DNA of 64,000 bases, from the IMG/VR virus record IMGVR_UViG_3300027702_000001. One strand, 5' to 3'. Of this stretch, positions 62,550 to 64,000 are shown piece after piece. A model generated the notes under the pieces. The model had not been told where the DNA came from, made no database searches, and saw nothing but the letters and a program-made list of their open reading frames with translations. Position 1 is the stretch's first letter. Every line of letters begins with the position of its first letter. Origin of the DNA: a virus. The translations under genes were made by a program, and so were the position numbers.

Positions 62550-63354
62550 AGTTGGTGATGAGAAGTTCTTTACGTTTTGATTGTGCAGCGTTGTAACCGC
62601 CTGTAGATCTCATTGTATATGTGAGATCCCATTCTGTCTGTTTGTGATTTGGAAACAGACCACGAGTATTTTCATTTGAATTATAGGTGATCATCCATTT
62701 GCAGGTAGACTCATTACATACACTTGCAAACCTTTGATGATCAAATCCTTTGTGCATAGAACCTTTAGTTCCATACAGGAAATCTTTGATGTCGTATGGA
62801 GGATCTAGGAAACAGAATACATCCTTATCATCAGTCATCAATTCTGAATAGTCATCGTTAGTGATTTCCCAGTGCTCAATGATCTGACCATAGTGTGCAA
62901 GTTTCCTGATTCCTTTCTTACTGAAGTTTGATACTGATGCCTGCTTAGAAAATGAACTGTTCTCTGTCAGTCCAGAGAATGAACACTTATTAAGAATGTA
63001 AAAGTAAACTGCCTGTTGAAACTCAGAGACATTTGCAATGTCTGCTTTACATTTCTGAAAGAGTTCTTTTGCTTTAACCTCATTGTCGTGATGATTCTTG
63101 ATTGTCATCAGAGTATCACTCAATTCGTATCCACGATCTTGAAGTTGTACCCAGAAGTTATACAAGTAAAAGTAAGTATCATTCACCCAGACAGGAGTGT
63201 CAGGATTCTCTTTTGAGAAATAGATTGCCATAGAACCACCACCTAAGAATGGTTCACGAAACTCTTTCACATAATCAGGAAACTGTGGGTACAATTTTGC
63301 AGCAGCACGTGACTTCCCACCAGGATAGCGGAGGGGAGTTTTGTAGGATTTCAT
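62515..63354 (-). CDS. dam: DNA adenine methyltransferase (Dam-type)
   Basis: PLRYPGGKS, EPFLGGGS, ND, DPPY; start placed at 63354. Confidence 0.92.
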   Translation of the reverse strand: MKSYKTPLRYPGGKSRAAAKLYPQFPDYVKEFREPFLGGGSMAIYFSKENPDTPVWVNDTYFYLYNFWVQLQDRGYELSDTLMTIKNHHDNEVKAKELFQKCKADIANVSEFQQAVYFYILNKCSFSGLTENSSFSKQASVSNFSKKGIRKLAHYGQIIEHWEITNDDYSELMTDDKDVFCFLDPPYDIKDFLYGTKGSMHKGFDHQRFASVCNESTCKWMITYNSNENTRGLFPNHKQTEWDLTYTMRSTGGYNAAQSKRKELLITNYVKAPQGLPFN

Positions 63355-63355
63355 C

Positions 63356-63529
63356 TCACTGTACTGAAAAGTCATACTCAATAGTAATTACCTTACACGA
63401 TTCACCCATAGAATTCACTCTGGTTGATGTATGCATTATACCACCGATTCTATCTGAAGCATACTTAATGTCAGCAATAATTTCTTTTTCCAAATCCTCG
63501 TAAGGATCGTAGTGCTTGTCAATTCTCAT
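63356..63529 (-). CDS. Hypothetical protein
   Basis: MRIDKHYDPY...; later ATG chosen. Confidence 0.5.
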   Translation of the reverse strand: MRIDKHYDPYEDLEKEIIADIKYASDRIGGIMHTSTRVNSMGESCKVITIEYDFSVQ

Positions 63530-64000
63530 TAGGGTTTGGTTGCATAACAGGATCATCTTGAACCAACTTGATGTTGGTCATATTTTGTCCAAAGGGTCCG
63601 AAGTTAATAGGACCAGTTGGAAGTGCATTCCACGCAATATTTGCACGGAACATATCACCCACGTGAGGTGTTGAAAAATGAATTAACCAACTTGGCCAGA
63701 CTACCAGTGTCCCAGGACGCCACTCAGGGGCGCTACAAGCGTTCTTATATGCTGAGGATACTACTTCCATCTGATTGTAAGAACGGACCCAACAGGGGTC
63801 TTGGAACTGCGTTGGGTGACCTTCAGTTAAATTGAAGATACCTGACCAGTATGAAAGAGGGTGTCTGTGTGGTTGATGCATCCCTTCAGAGTGTGGCATC
63901 GATACGTTGCCCCACATCATAGAGATTTCAAACTTACCCCACATCTCAAACTCTTGATCAACCTTAATCTCTTCTAGACATTCTTCGATCCAAGTTGTAA
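63519..64000 (-). CDS. 2OG-Fe(II) oxygenase (TIGR02466-like), 5'-truncated by the window
   Basis: HQPHRHPLSYWSGIFNL, VVWPSWLIH, RANIAWN; frame stays open to the window edge. Confidence 0.8.
   Translation of the reverse strand, partial: TTWIEECLEEIKVDQEFEMWGKFEISMMWGNVSMPHSEGMHQPHRHPLSYWSGIFNLTEGHPTQFQDPCWVRSYNQMEVVSSAYKNACSAPEWRPGTLVVWPSWLIHFSTPHVGDMFRANIAWNALPTGPINFGPFGQNMTNIKLVQDDPVMQPNPNEN

Noticed and set aside
15938-63381. Extended N-termini in the ORF track for gp32, hsp20, dam and several small genes
   Set aside because: Downstream ATGs with SD or conserved N-termini are better starts

Overview
This 64 kb window is part of a T4-like cyanomyovirus (cyanophage) genome, with genes almost all on the minus strand. 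It carries tail/baseplate genes (gp5, gp27-like hub, two paralogous tape-measure-like proteins, gp51, gp26, gp54-like, gp2, gp4, gp48, gp53) and replication/nucleotide genes (gp32, gp33, exonuclease, phoH, thyX, rnh, nrdC, nrdA/B, gp61, mazG, gp41, uvsX, gp43, regA, gp62, dam). Auxiliary metabolic genes are psbA, three hli, cp12, talC, hsp20, a psbN-like ORF and five 2OG-Fe(II) oxygenases; there are two tRNAs and several structured RNAs. The most unusual element is at 33975-34704: a late promoter followed by two tandem glutamine-II (downstream-peptide)-like aptamers with complementary loops. The second aptamer has a complete 56-aa ORF inserted in its P2 stem, and the pair sits upstream of three microproteins, two with DUF4278-like YRG motifs; the ORF track shows none of this. 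Also notable are a block (40260-48975) of proteins with T4-like capsid-targeting N-termini, including an HxGH nucleotidyltransferase beside a ligase-fold protein and a nuclease-like protein, and an L,D-transpeptidase (Tlde1/YkuD-like) domain on a tail protein. All family assignments come from motif recognition by eye; no database search was run.
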